From: Selaginella moellendorffii
Lineage: Eukaryota; Plantae; Lycopodiophyta
Length of the DNA: 64,000 nt
Assembly: GCF_000143415.4 (NCBI RefSeq)
Contig: NW_003314268.1
Coordinates: 55,291-119,290, forward strand
Direction of reading: 5' to 3'
Shown in pieces: positions 13,031 through 29,133 of the stretch. The notes beneath the pieces are model-generated. The model was given only the letters and a program-made list of their open reading frames with translations, was not told the origin of the DNA and searched no databases. How positions within the stretch are numbered: the first letter of the stretch is position 1; each line of letters starts with the position of its first letter. The position numbers were made by a program, and so were the translations under genes.

Positions 13031-14251
13031 TGAAGAATGTTGCCTTATGGACCATTGAGTCTTCTTCCTATCATCACCAGCATTATAACTAGATTGGGAT
13101 CATCAACTCTTCTTCCTCCTTTTATCACCAACATAGTAGGAATGTTTATAATATTAAAAGAGCTCAATCACCAACAAAGTAGGAACATTTATGATATTAA
13201 AAAAGCTAAAAGTATGTAATTAGGAGTGTAAGAACCCTAGATTGCCTTTGCTTTTGCAACAATCTTCTCCCTGGCTTGTTGAGACTATAAGCTCTCATAG
13301 ATGCTCGAAATTTTAAGAACAGGGACATGATGCTGCTGAGGCTCCCAACAGCATAGTTCAGGGTGGTCATCCCACTTTGCATCAAGCTTTGGTAGATCGC
13401 TCTAGAGCTTCAAGTGTTGAGAACAATCCCGAGAGTGAGATTCAAGCAGCATCCAGTGGAAGAGGTCGAGAATGTCAGCCTTGCAGTGCTGGTACCTGGA
13501 GCAAGTCAAGATTACAATGCTCCACCCACCTTGGCATCAAGCAAGCTTCCACCATGCTCACCAGCGTGTTTACCTCACAATCCCCTGAGATGGCTCCTAG
13601 GGTCTGGAACACGCCATGAGCACTTTGATGACAGCCTTGAACAAAAGAAGCGCAGCCCCTTGATGCCCGGCTTGGGCATATTTGTCCACACCAGCAGTTT
13701 GGAAGATAAGCATGAATATACTCTAACCCAAAAAATGAGCCCTTTTGTGTGATCACGTTTCGCAGCTCAATCAATCAACTAAGGGCTGTTCCCCAAAACT
13801 CTCTCGTTGGTGCTGATGAATTTTTGGATGGCTATGACAAGGATTATTATTAGAATGAGGTCAACTAAGGAGCACTAAACATCAGCAGGAGACCAACTTG
13901 GTATCAGCAGTTACGGTAAAAAGTATAAGATTGTTGTAACCTGTAAGCATCATCATCCAGGCCAGCGGTCCAATGCTCTTGGCCTTGGATCATTGCCAGT
14001 AAATATTACAAGCTGAGATGACCACTCCAACTCCGTGTTGCATTGTGACAAGCAACAGCACATTGTCTAGCTGACTGTGGGTGCAATGAGCAAACCCCAC
14101 AATATCACATCTTGGACTTCCATGGTGTTTAAGACTCACCTATTAGATTGACAAGAGAGATCTTGATAGGACCACTTACTCATGAAGGTTTGATTTTGCA
14201 ATAAAATTGACAGATATATTTAATATTTTTCCTATTTATACTATATGATAT

Positions 14252-14426
14252 TGTGAGGGCCAAGTGTACGGCTACAATGCCGTATACTAATATTAGTGTA
14301 GTGAGATTTTGGTAGCCATCGGATTGGTTTCAATCCGGACCACTCGCTCTTATATATAAGCTAGGGTTTTTGGGCTAATGGATATGCACATTTCTGTATT
14401 CCCTTTTCATATTCCATGCACTCACA
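14252..14426 (+). repeat. 5' LTR (175 bp)
   Basis: TGTGAGGGCC..CACTCACA; about 90% identical to 17326-17500 by manual alignment (about 15 substitutions, 2 one-base indels). Confidence 0.93.
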
Positions 14427-17325
14427 TTGGTGGAGTTGAGGGGCACCTTTGATTGTCCCTGGGGAGTGCTTGGATTTGGGATTTCGGTTTAGATCTAGCT
14501 TTTGCATCGTTTAGATCTAACTTTTTCCATTTCCTTTATTTTGTTCTTTCCTTTCAGGATTTTGGTTTAGATCTAGCTTTTTGCATTGTCTAGATCTACC
14601 ATTTCCTTCCAGCTTTTTGTCATTTCTCTTCTTTTGTTCTTTCTTTTTCGTTCATCTTCATGGCAGATCAGCAATCTCCTCCTTTGACTCTAGAGCAGCA
14701 GTTGGTTCAATTGCTTGATGCTATATGCTTGCAATTGAACAACCAAACTCAATTGATGGCGGCATTCACGGCACGTGGTCCAACTCCTCCTGCTCTTGAT
14801 GCCAATCCTTACGTTCGGCCGGAGTTCTTTCGTGGGAATCCTGGGGATGATGTGTACTATTGGTTTGATCACTTCACGGTGATTGCCACATATCATTCTT
14901 GGGATGATGCTCGACGTTTGCGTGAGTTCCCCACATGTCTCCAAGGGATGGCATTGCAGTGGTACAATGGATTGAGCGCAGCCACTCATGGGGATTGGAA
15001 TGTTCTTCTGGATGTCTTCAAACGTGCATTCGAACATGCCAACGATTATGATGATGCCTTTCAACAATTGCATTGTCTTCACTAAGGGCCATCTGAGTCA
15101 GTGATGCAATTTGGCATTCGTTTCTGAAGTCTTTTGCTTCGTGCGGAGCCCAATATGTCGGAGCGGATCAAGCTAGGAATGTTGTGGCCAGCACTTCGTC
15201 AAGATCTTGTCGAACTTGTGCATGCACTTGCTCCTGCCACCCTTGACGATGCTCTTCGCTTGACACAACATTATGAAACGTCACCTCTTCCACTTCTCGC
15301 TACATGTCCTTCAGCTCCACTTCCTATGAATGATGGTCCTGTTCCAATGGAGGTTGATGCTGCTGCTACTCGAGTCCAAAGACAAGAGCGAGGACATGGT
15401 CGTGGCCGTGATATTCGTTGCTGGGCGTGTGATGAAGTTGGTCATACTTATCGGCGTTGTCGGTGCTTTCCGGATTGGCGACCTCCACTTCCTGGGTGGA
15501 GACCTTGGCGTATATAAGCCGTACGTTACAACCAGCAAAGGTGAACTACTCCACGACAGAGAAGGAGTGTTTAGCAGTAGTTTGGGGTTTCGAGAAACTT
15601 CATGCATATCTACATGGTTCTCAGACATTACTTGAAGGTGACCATATTGCCGTTACTTCATTGATGAAGCGGAAGAACTTGGTTGGTCGTACTGTGCGGT
15701 GGGCTTTGAAGCTTCAAATATAAGATTTTGATGTTGTTCATCGCCCAGGGAGTTTTATGGCTGATGCTGATGCCCTTTCTCGAGCTCCTCTTCCTTCTCC
15801 ACTTTTTTCTCATGTTTCTGATGAGCCTATTGTTCCAGCATCTATGGATTTTCTAGACGAGGATTCTATGCCATCGGCAGTTGCTATACTTGACGTTCAG
15901 TGTCCACAAGGCGCAGAGCAAGATCTACCTTCTCTTGATGAGGTTCGCGAGGCTCAAAAGATTGAGCTGTGGATTTGAAGGCTTCAAGATGTGTTTGAGA
16001 ATCCTATCACTTGATGATGACTTGCCTTTCCAGCATTTACATTCTCAATATCACCTTAAAGATGGTCTTCTTTATTTTGTGGGGACGGATCCTGATGATC
16101 ATTTACAGCTGGTGGTGCCTTCTATCTTTATTCCACAATTTCTCCATGCCTACCATGATTCTCCTATTCTATGTGGGCATATGGGACATTGTTGTGTGAC
16201 CGAGAAGCTGTGCAGGTCTTTCTATTGGCCGGAGATGCGACGTGATGTTATCCGGTATGTGCGTAGCTGCGTTTGGTGCTAAGCTCGTAATACTCCCCTT
16301 TGTGCTACAGAAGGACGGTTGGAGTCAATTGCAATTTCCCGTCTATTTGAGTTGGTGGCATTTGATCTTATAGGACCTTTTCCACGGTTGACTGTTGGCA
16401 ATGAGTATGTTATTATTGCTTTTGACTACTTGACTCGTTGGGTGGAAGTTGGTGCTCTTGCTAGCGCCTCTGCAATTGCTGTTGGATACTTCCTCCTCAA
16501 TCAAGTGGTGTTCAAGCATTCTTGTCCAAAGCGGATTCTTTCGGATAATGGTCTTGCATTTATGGCTGAGGTATTTCATGTTTTGACGTCTCGGTTGGGG
16601 ATACGCCACACTTTCACGAGTGCTTATCATCCACAATCAGACGGTCTGGTGGAACGGCTCGTTCGGACATTCAAAGGGATGATTGTGAAATATGTGAACT
16701 TTCAGCATTCGGATTGGGATGGTTATTTGCCATCTCTTTCGTATGCCTATGTCACAGAGGTGTAGAGTTCTGTTGGTGCTTCACCATATAAACTTCTATA
16801 TGGTCATGATCCAATATTACTAACGGAGCTGGGTTTACCTTCGGGATTGCCATGAGCTCCCGATGCTAGGTCATGGGATTAATATTTGATGAGCATTCTT
16901 CCACTTATCTGAGCAGAGTCTGCCGAACACTTAGGCCGCATACAAATGGGACAACAACGGCACTACAACTCCCGTTATTGTCCACCTGCGAAGTACAAAG
17001 TGGATGATTTGGTGTTAGTCCGTTTTCCCCATCTTACGGTATGTGGTTTATCTAACTTAAAGGGGCTTCTTGTGTAGTGGAAAGGGCCGTATCGGGTGTT
17101 GTGGCAAGTTGGACCACAAGTTTATGAGGTTCGGCATGACATTCAGCAAGCCGATCCTCCAGAGATTGTGCATGTGCAACAGCTGAAACGCTTCGTACAA
17201 AGGGATCAGGAGGAGTTAATACCACCCACGGATCTGCCGATGCCGCCTCCTGACGTTCTTCCAGATCCCGGCTCATCTACAAGAGAACCCTGATGGTCTT
17301 CCATTATTCCGAGAGGAGGGGATGA

Positions 17326-17500
17326 TGTGAGGGCCAAGTGTACGGCTATGATGTTGTATACTAATATTAGCGTAGTAGATTTTGGTAGCCATTGGATTGA
17401 TTTCAATCCGGACCACTCGCTCCTATATATAAAATAAGGTTTTTGGGCTAATTGATATGCACATTTTCTGTATCCCCTTTCCATATTCCAAGCACTCACA
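17326..17500 (+). repeat. 3' LTR (175 bp)
   Basis: Direct repeat of 14252-14426, preceded by the polypurine tract. Confidence 0.93.
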
Positions 17501-17978
17501 ACATGATTTAGTTTTTTTAAATATATAAAACTAGGATTATTAGGTAGTAAAAAATTTATCTAATAAATATGAAAAGAATGGGGTAAGTATTTAAAAGGCT
17601 TTGCTATATATGCACATTTGCGGTAATAAAAAGTTTATACTGACAAAGAAATAATGAAAATTCAAAATTATGAAATGTTATAATTTAGGCAAGAATTAGT
17701 CTTTAAAAGAACATTCAGCAATGAATAAAAGATTTCTCAAAAGTGTTTGTTTAATCATATAGTAACAAAGCATTAGCTTCTCATTACTATTTCTATACTT
17801 TTAGTTTATACTTGTTTTCTGTAAATTTGTAAAACATATTTCTAAACAGAAGCTTCCATAAACATGAAAGGAGAATTTAAAAGATAATATTTTAATAAAA
17901 AGGCTAATCTTCCATTCGACGAAATTTCTGGAGCAAGATGCTTTATTTACGCAACCTGTCTTGAAAACCGTCCGTGTT

Positions 17979-18717
17979 TTAGGCAGCCCCGGTAACACTC
18001 TTCCTGTAATGCTCAACGGATTCAGTAACCTTGTCATCGCTTGGAGTGGATATCTTGATCGCGTCCACGGAATTTACAGCGTCCACCCACTTGTAGAGAT
18101 TGGGCCATTCTTCCGGGCCTGGAAGCACGAATCCTCCCACTTTCTGGTAGCCTTTGAACCAGCAGATGAATGGAGCCAGACCAACATCTGCAAAGTTCAT
18201 AGCATCGCCGCCAAAGAAAGGCTTGCCTGGAGCGATGGTGCCGAGAGCTTCATCGATTTTCATCAGAGCCCACTTGAAGTCCTCGCCGGCTTTCTTGTGC
18301 TCCTCCCCCATAGCTCGTATGAGTCGGTCCCCAGCGTCATGGAGCTGTTGGTAAGGAAAAATCTGGTTTTGATCAACCCGGAAGAAGCAACAAGTTTACC
18401 TTTTTGTCACCAAAGTCTGCCCAGAAGCGAGCCACAGCCTTTTCGTATGGATCTTCCGGGAGGAGCTTGTGAGAACCGGGCCACACACTGTCAATGTAGT
18501 CGACGATGACAAGAGACTCGCAGATAGGCTTGCCGTTGTGGATGAGAACCGGAATCTTCGTATAGATTGGATTTGCCTCGAGAAGCTCCTTGCTCTTGTT
18601 GGACAAACTCTCCTCCTGGTAATCGTAGGACACCCCTTTCAGATCCAGCGCATAGTGGACTCTCAAGCCAAACATACTCGGCCAGAAGTTCAAGAGCTTC
18701 ACACTGTCTTTCGACAT
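17979..18717 (-). CDS. GSTU: Tau-class glutathione S-transferase, copy 1
   Basis: Exons 18717-18400 and 18344-17979, single intron after DKK as in tau GSTs; motifs [10 protein letters not shown] (catalytic Ser), [38 protein letters not shown]. Confidence 0.93.
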
Positions 18718-19274
18718 GGCTACTACTCGCACAAAAGAGAAACTCAGAAAATACAAGGCACAACGTACCAGTTCTCTGAAGATATATGCCGCCGGTGGAT
18801 ATTCGTTAAGGCACCTTAGAAGTCTCTAAGTTAGAGGCTTTTGTACGGGTAAATAGTTAGCAGCCCACGACTCCAGCGTGCCTGCCACAAAAGATCAGAA
18901 AACTTGTCGTGACCTCTATAAACACCAACCCTTCTGACGGTCTCGCGCCAATCCTCGAGTCAAGATTATGTTTGCGGTAGATTCTTGCGTTATCTCCTAC
19001 AGAAGGGAAAAGAAGTGTGAGAAATTAACTTGCGGTTCAAGTACCTTTCTGGTGACAGCTTAAAACAATCCGTAGGTGTAATTTGGTCCTCTGATACGAC
19101 TCTTGTCTCGGAGTGAGGCATCAGTGTCTGTCTGTCTCTGCTGCAAGCAGAAAAGATAAAACGTAAAAGATGACGGGACAAAGACTCGAGTGTCAGACAT
19201 CTATATTTTATACAGCGAAGCGAACAAATGAGAGGTGTTAAACCATACCTCGGCTCTAGAGAGGTGTGCGTGCG

Positions 19275-20247
19275 TTATCTGAGGACCAAGAGCGAGATCA
19301 CCAGCAGCACCACGACTAAGCCGAGCTTGAGTTTGAAGGCTTCCCAAGTCTCACTCAGTAGATTTGGAGGCAACGGCGTTCCAAAGCTGACGGCAGGATC
19401 AGGAGCAACAGCAGCATCATCCGTTGGCTCCTTCTTAGTTTGTCTCGGCCACCACCACATTATGAAGCTCTTCACAAGTCGGAAAGCTGGACGCACTGGC
19501 ACTGAAGGAAACTTGAGCCTGATCTTGAAAAACTTGCTAAAATCAGGGTGGCTCCGTCTCTCAGCCGCTGGCGGTTTAGGCGCTGCTGCTGCTCTCGGGA
19601 CTGCGTCTGGCGCTGTGTAGCGTAGGTTTTGCTCCCAAAAATTTATAAATTCCCTCTGCTCGAACAAAACTTGTTCCTGAAAGACACGCATCATGGCTTA
19701 ACTGAAAACTGAAAACAGAAACTCCTTTCCTTACCTTGTCAGCTACAGTCGTATACAATCCTTTGTGTATCTTTGTTATCTTCTTCTTCAACTCCTTTCG
19801 AATGGGAAAAAATCGGCCAATTCCAAGAACTCGTGCTAGGAACCTCCATCCGGACGACAGTTCCTCAGAATCAGTTCCATCTTCCTCGATCTCACTCACG
19901 TCCCCGGCCTTAGACGGGTTTCCAACTGGAGCCAGCATCACAACACCTGTGCATGCAAAACAAGCCAGGTTCAAAAATTCGCATCAACTCTTTCAGGCTT
20001 TTACCTTTCTAGATAATGCAGAAAGCAGAGATCACACCTGATAGTCGCTCTGGAATATATCTGATTGCTGCCCACGCATAGGGACCGCCACCAGGATGTA
20101 CCAGCAACCAAAACCTCTCGCCGAGTCTCAGTGCGTTGGCAATGAGTTCCATGTCCTGTGCGGAAGAGTTAAATGTTCTATTGGGATTAGGATCACTCAG
20201 CCCGAATCCCGGCAAGTCGTATGTGATCAGACAAACTTGAAACTGTT
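19275..20247 (-). pseudogene. 5'-truncated duplicate of the alpha/beta-hydrolase-like gene
   Basis: Near-identical to 23451-24423 but begins mid-exon, with AT-rich DNA upstream; the first two exons are missing. Confidence 0.88.
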
Positions 20248-21589
20248 ACTAGTAGACTATAGAGAAAAGAAAGAGAACTAGTGTTTCATTTTACAACTCA
20301 GAACTGTGAGATAAATATTGTGTCAGGTGATGCTATAATGATAATAGTATAATCCATTAAGTAAATAAAACTTTTCAAAGTTTGATGTATTTTTTTTTCT
20401 GTCACTTTCTAGTTTTGTAACAAATGTGCTTCTATTGTTCTTTTCAAGATTTTTTTTTTCATAACTAGCATACTTTGTACTCTTTATTTTTATATAATCT
20501 TCTCAAGGTCTTTTATTTCTCTATGAAGGGATATTCAAGAGTTTAACACTTCAAAGCCCTACAATCAATTTATATATTGTTTCAAGAACTTTGAGTGGAA
20601 GTAATAATAAAAATTTGAGTTGAAAACTATTGATTTTTCTTCCATTGTCTTCATATAGGTAAAACAATTTGGTAATAATTGAATCAAAAGAGAAAATATA
20701 TAATTATTATTGTAAATCATGTTGTAGTGGATAAAATCCTTTCAAAAGCAATGAATTATAATATAAACACTTACACTTACAATAATGAGATATGTCTTTA
20801 TAGTAATATTCTTGCTTTAACATATTTCTTTTGCTCTCTCTATTTTGAAAAAAAGTAATGGCAAGGTGATACTATTAGATAAAAGAAAACTTTTAAAGAT
20901 TTTTGCATCTAAATATTTATTAAAGGCAGTAATCAAAATTAAACACTGCTTCAAGTTACTTCAAACCCAACTGCCATCACGAATTGATCATATTTAATTC
21001 ATGCAAGCTACCAAATATGAGTTACCCTTAAATTTAAAGGTATTTAATTTCTTTATGGTTTACACAAAGTTAAATTATGTGTGAATTAAGTATTTTAGTG
21101 TAAATATAAACTCCAAGCTAATTTAGAAACTTAACAATTGAATTATTAGCCTCTTTTATGTATATAATTGAATGATGTTTTTGTTTTTTTTTCATTTTTA
21201 CAATTTCCTCCAAATATATTTGGCAAAACATAGAAAAACTTGAAATGAGATTAGATGGTAGAAACATGGAATATGGAGTATGAAATATAGAGTAAGAAGA
21301 ATTAGATAGTAAAAGTGTAGTTATTACAAAGATTAAAGCTTGAGAAGTATTTTTAAAAAATAATAATTCTTAACACACTTATTTTAAAAAATTAATAATG
21401 AAAGTTAAATATTAATTAAAATAAATACACCATTAAAAATATTCATTTCAGAGGTAGAGCTCGTCAAAAGTGGCAATTCTTAATGTTTTCTTAACCTTTA
21501 TAAATAAAATAATATTTATATAAGAAAATAAAAAAAATTATAACATATATCTTTAATATATATCTTTATAAAAATGAACTTGACTTAAG

Positions 21590-24423
<2,834 letters not shown>

Positions 24424-25845
24424 CCAGCAAAGAATCGTTCAGTCCGGGAATGCCTACAAAAAAAATCATATGTTAGCACAAGTTGGAGAGAAAAGGCGCA
24501 CAAAAGGACATGGTACCTGTCTCTCTAAAAGCTGTTAATCCCCGTACCACTAATCCAGAGTGCTTGGATTTTTCTACACTGACCCCTAGCTCTCTGTAAG
24601 CTATGTACCTCCCATCTGGTAGCAGGAGCCGCTTGGACGGTGTTTTCTCGGGTTCTACTTGTTCTTGGACAACTTCCACGATTCTAAAGAGTCGAAAGCC
24701 CGTTCTAAAGCCTGCATTGTCAAACCAGTGGTGATTAAAGCAAAGCAAAGGAGATCTAGCCTACTTTTTCTTTTCCTCACCTAGAAATACGAAGCACACG
24801 AGTAGCATCGCGACGCTGGGCATCCATAGCGAGCTTCGGTCCTGGGGAAGATTCCTGACGCCACTGCCCAGCCACTGGAGAACGCGCATCCATACGCTGC
24901 TTCCCTGTTGTTGTTGTTGCTGCCGCTGCTGCTGCTCCCGGCCCGCTCTTCTTTCTCCCTCGCGAGGCGCCTCGAAATAGCTGATGATCCTATCGAGAAA
25001 ATCCACAAACGCTCCCAGATACCTGAGGAATGCCTGCAAGAGGAGCTCGATCGCATCGATGCTCCAGGCACTCCAATCTCGTTGCTGCTGCTGGAATCTT
25101 GCCGGAGCTGCTGGCGCTGGATCGACGTCGTCATCGTCGTCGTCGCGATCCATCCGGCCGACCTAAATAAACCCCCAAAACCCTTCTTCTACACACACAG
25201 CTCTACGTGGGAAAGTGTTTGAAAATTTCTTTCTCTTTTTCCTCTCTTTACTGCTTGAGATCAACGGCTCGGAGCGCGTGTTGTTTGAATCCGTCTAGAT
25301 CCAACGGTTGCTCCCGAATCTAGGGCTCTTTGGGACGGAAGCTCTGCCGCGATCTAGAGGTCCCGAGCTCTTGCGTCTCGATTCGCTCCCATTCTCGATC
25401 GATCTCCGCGAAATATTGCCCGGCGAGCGAGATTTCGAGGCGATTGATCGATCTTTGCCTATGTCGGTTACGGTGAAACAGGACAAGCGGCCAATCTTGT
25501 CCGATATGAGAGATTTTTCTTTCTGACTTGTGGTAGATCCATCGCTGCGCTGCTCTTCCGAGATCCAGAGAGGCCAAGAATCGTGCTCGGCAAAATTGGA
25601 GGGAAATCGACTGTATTTTGCTATTTTGTTCTTGAGATTAGGTTTGAGAGCTTAGGTCAGTGTGACCTAGAAGACTTCCACGAACAGGCGACGCGCGCAG
25701 GGATCCAGACGCCGGATCTATCGCCCAGGGAACAGAGATCTAGGAAAGACGCATCGCAATCTCCTTCTCGGTAGGCATTCTCCCGGAAATCTGCGAGGCG
25801 GCAGCTGCTGCTGCTAGCAATTCCCTCTCGGCCGGAGGAGCGGCG

Positions 25846-28834
25846 ATGGATTTCGAGCACGATGTGGAGGTGGAGGCGATGGAGAAGAGCGACGATTTCG
25901 TGATTACAATCCCGGAGGGCGATGGTAGTTACGACGAACAGGAGGTAGATGTAGAGCAGGACATAGGTCTCGCGGAGGTTTTGGAATCGCCAGGCGCTGG
26001 TGCTGTAGATAGCGAGAAGGCTGCTAGTTCGGTGAAGGGTTTTGACGACGAGAAGAAGGTGAAAACTTCGAATTCCACGACACAGTGCAACATTGTTCCC
26101 TCGGTCGAGGAGGGGGGAGGCTCCAATGCGTCCAAGGGTGTGGGAAAAGCATATAGGAAGAGGTCCGACTCTGCGGAGGCCAAGAGGAAAGAGTCCGAGG
26201 TAACTGGGCATCGCGGTGATAAGTCGGCGAAGAGCTTCAAGTCGGATGACGCTGGGAACAAGGAGCGAGGATTTCATCTTAGCGATGTTTTCAAGGGAAG
26301 CGAGAATTTGGCGAAAGGTTTCCAGGCCAGCGACCGGTTGCATTCACTCAAAGTTCCTCAGGCTGTTGTGGCTTTTGCTCAGGCTGCCGCAAAAGTTAAT
26401 GGTATGTATTGCTTTTCACCTTTTCTTTTAGTTTCCTGGTTCTAACATCGGTTTGATCTGTCACAGAGATTCCTGGGTGGCCATTGTTGCCGAAGCCGCA
26501 GATGAAGAAGTGTGAGAAGTGCTCCCGCGAGTTCTGTTCCACGCTGAATTATCGCAGGCACATACGATTACATCGTCGTTCGCTGATTGATGATAAGGTA
26601 AGAGCTGTTTGGTTTTTAGCTGTGGTATTTACTGAAATCTGGTTTGGTGTAACAGGATTTGCGGCATGAAAGGTCACAGTTAGCTGCGTATTGGGATAAG
26701 GTATGTATGCACAATTGTATGAAAGTGTTGAACTAACGCGTGCGTAACTTCCAGCTTACAGCTGAAGAATCCAGTGAAGTCATTTCATTCAAAAATATGG
26801 GAATTGAGGTGATTATAGATCTCTTTATTGCGAAACCGCCTTATACTTTGTTTTTGCAGAATCTGTCTGGAACGTCAGCCTTTCAAGCCTTAGCATCGTT
26901 TGTTCAACACCCTGGCCTGCAGCCTTATCCTCCTGCCTACATGAAGGCAGGGACAGTCCTTCTCGTAAGTGATTCTATGCTTATCACCTGGTTTTATATT
27001 CATTTCTTTTCTGTTGCAGGAACTTGTACAGAACAAAACTTCTTTATTTCCAATACCGTCGGAAAAGCTTCTTAAAACACTCGATGATGCAAGCGAAGGG
27101 ACGTTCTTGTGCGGAGGGACGTCAATAGCTGTTCAGCGTTTTGTATATCACGGCGATGCGGAAAAAATTGGACTCGAAGATAAAAATGTGGTGGCTTCTA
27201 TGAGTTTTCTCGTCGAACAGAAACTGGTAAATTTTTTTGCAAGATGCATATGATAGAATCTAAGCTTCTCTTTCTCTCAGCTGAAAGCGTGGATGGCGGA
27301 AAAGAACGTCGAAGCGTTGCGCTGCGAGAAAGCTCTTGTTGAAGAGGAGGAAGCCGCCCAGCGCAAGTAAGCATCTTCGTGGATTGCGCTTGAAATTTTC
27401 ATAACGTAATTTTCTTTTACAGGCGAGCTAAAGATCTGGAAAGAAAACGTCAGAAGAGAAACAAGCAGAAGGGGCGCAAGGGAGTGGATCAGCCTCCAAA
27501 TGCTGACATTGATCTGGGCGATGAAGAGGTGAATACTCCAAGAACGGGTGACGACGAGGATTATCCGTTTGCGGTGGATAATGGGGAGGGGCCTGTCACC
27601 GAAGTCACAGATGAGAATGGCTTCCTTGTTCTGCTGAGGGACAACCAAGCGGCTACTTGGGAAACTTCTTCTGAAGAGAAGACGGTGATGGAGAACAGTA
27701 TAGAAATGCTACATGAGGAGGATCAAGGTCAGGTCGAAGCGGCATTGAAAGACGACAACTTTGTGGATCAAAATATCGGGAGAGTCATCAAGGATCGAAG
27801 ACGCACAAACTTTTCCTCTGCTGCAACTTATCGGACGGGTGATAGCTCATATCAAGCTTATTTCCGGCCGAGAAGAACGCAGCACTCGACAAGAATTGAT
27901 CCATACCAGCAGCACTATCGCAAGAAACTTGCTGGGGTGTACAGAGGTATTGTGAAGGGATCCAATGGTCGTGTCGTCTGGACGAGGAAAGCCAGCCAAC
28001 CAAGCAGAACAAAAGATGATGACCAGGAAGTAAGTGTTCCCGTGGGTTCGGCGGAAGCTGAGAGTGGCCATACTTTGCTGGTTGGATCATTAAGTGTGCC
28101 GCTGGAGGGGCACGTACGACGTCCGTGCTCTATATCGGAAGAGAGCAATCTGATGAGCAAGTCTTCGACTCCCGAAATCTTGGAAGGCAGACAGGCAAGC
28201 TGGGCCAAGCCAACACCACCTCTAAAGGTTTGGAAGCCCGTCGGCAAAGTTGGAGATCAAAGTGGTGCGGAAAACTCTCGGAGCATGGTCGAGGACGATG
28301 GAACTTTTCCGCCCAAGCTTAGTGCTGTGGCTCTAAGACCAGCGGTGGACAGTGACAATACGGAAGACGGTGCTGCAGTGGACACAAAGCCGTGCCTTGT
28401 GGATCTCCATGCGACGTCGCCATCCTTCTCTTCCAAGCTGCTGGCAAGCTTTCTCTCTGAAAGTAAGTTACGTTGCTTCCTTCTTAGATGTTGCTAACTT
28501 GTGTGATTGCGATCTAGGATGGGCCACGGCTGTGGAGCGGAGAAACACCGACGCAAACTTTAAGCACGACAGAACCGGCAAGCGAAGTAAAAACACGAAG
28601 GTCTGGCCTATCAACAACGACCAGAACTTGGACGCCGAAGCTCCAAAGCTGTCACCGAAAGGCTCTCCGAGCGGGGTTTTGGACGAGGCTTCAAACGCAA
28701 ATGGAGTTTTGGACAACAGGCCCAGGAACTTCGTAGGGAACTCTTGTGGCAAGGCCGTGGGACGCTGGCAGCGGAATTCGAAAGACAAACCGGGCGAGCA
28801 GAGGTACATGCCGCGTCAAATCTCCTTGGCCTAG
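25846..28834 (+). CDS. Plant C2H2 zinc-finger protein (multi-exon)
   Basis: LKVPQAVVAFAQAAAKVNG; KCEKCSREFCSTLNYRRHIRLHRR; LDDASEGTFLCG; EALRCEKALVEEEEAAQRK coiled coil; consistent short GT-AG introns; stop at 28832-28834. Confidence 0.85.
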
Positions 28835-29133
28835 CAGTGAAGAAGCTCTCCAAGATCACTTTTGAGTCTATACTCCACAGTTTCCAGGTGTGAGAGACTA
28901 TGAGCTCTAGCTCATAGTTCGCGTTCTTTGTTCGGGTACGTAAGCTTTGGATTTCTTTTGATAGATCTTTGACTCATATGGCTTTTGTTTGGTATTTTTC
29001 TTTTTCCAGAGATGATTTCTATACGGTTTTGATTCTTTTGTTTTTCCATTTTCTATATGTTTTGCGGACAGTTTTGGTTCTTTTGTAAAGTTACGAAAAA
29101 TGAAAATAGATCTAATTAATAAGTGTATCATAA

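Larger units (their letters stand above)
14252..17500 (+). mobile_element. Ty3/gypsy LTR retrotransposon, internally deleted (gag joined directly to C-terminal RNase H, then integrase; no protease or RT), several stop codons
   Basis: Paired TG..CA LTRs; PBS TGGTGGAGTTGAGGGG at 14428; PPT GAGAGGAGGGGATGA before 17326; gag 14660-about 15500 with CWACDEVGHTYRRC; RNase H YSTTEKECLAVVW..ADALSR; integrase HHCC (HDSP..GHMG..CVWC) and core (FDLIGPFP, SDNG, AYHPQSDGLVER). Confidence 0.92.
17510..20247. repeat. Segmental duplication, copy 1 (GST plus 3' part of the hydrolase gene)
   Basis: Matches about 21590-24423 at an offset of about 4.1-4.2 kb; near-identical over 18850-20247; similarity stops abruptly after ACTTGAAACTGTT. 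Confidence 0.93.

Noticed and set aside
13300-13800. Weak LRR-like phrases on the minus strand and a PBS-like TTGGTATCAG at about 13898
   Set aside because: Too fragmentary to assign; no LTR pair found.
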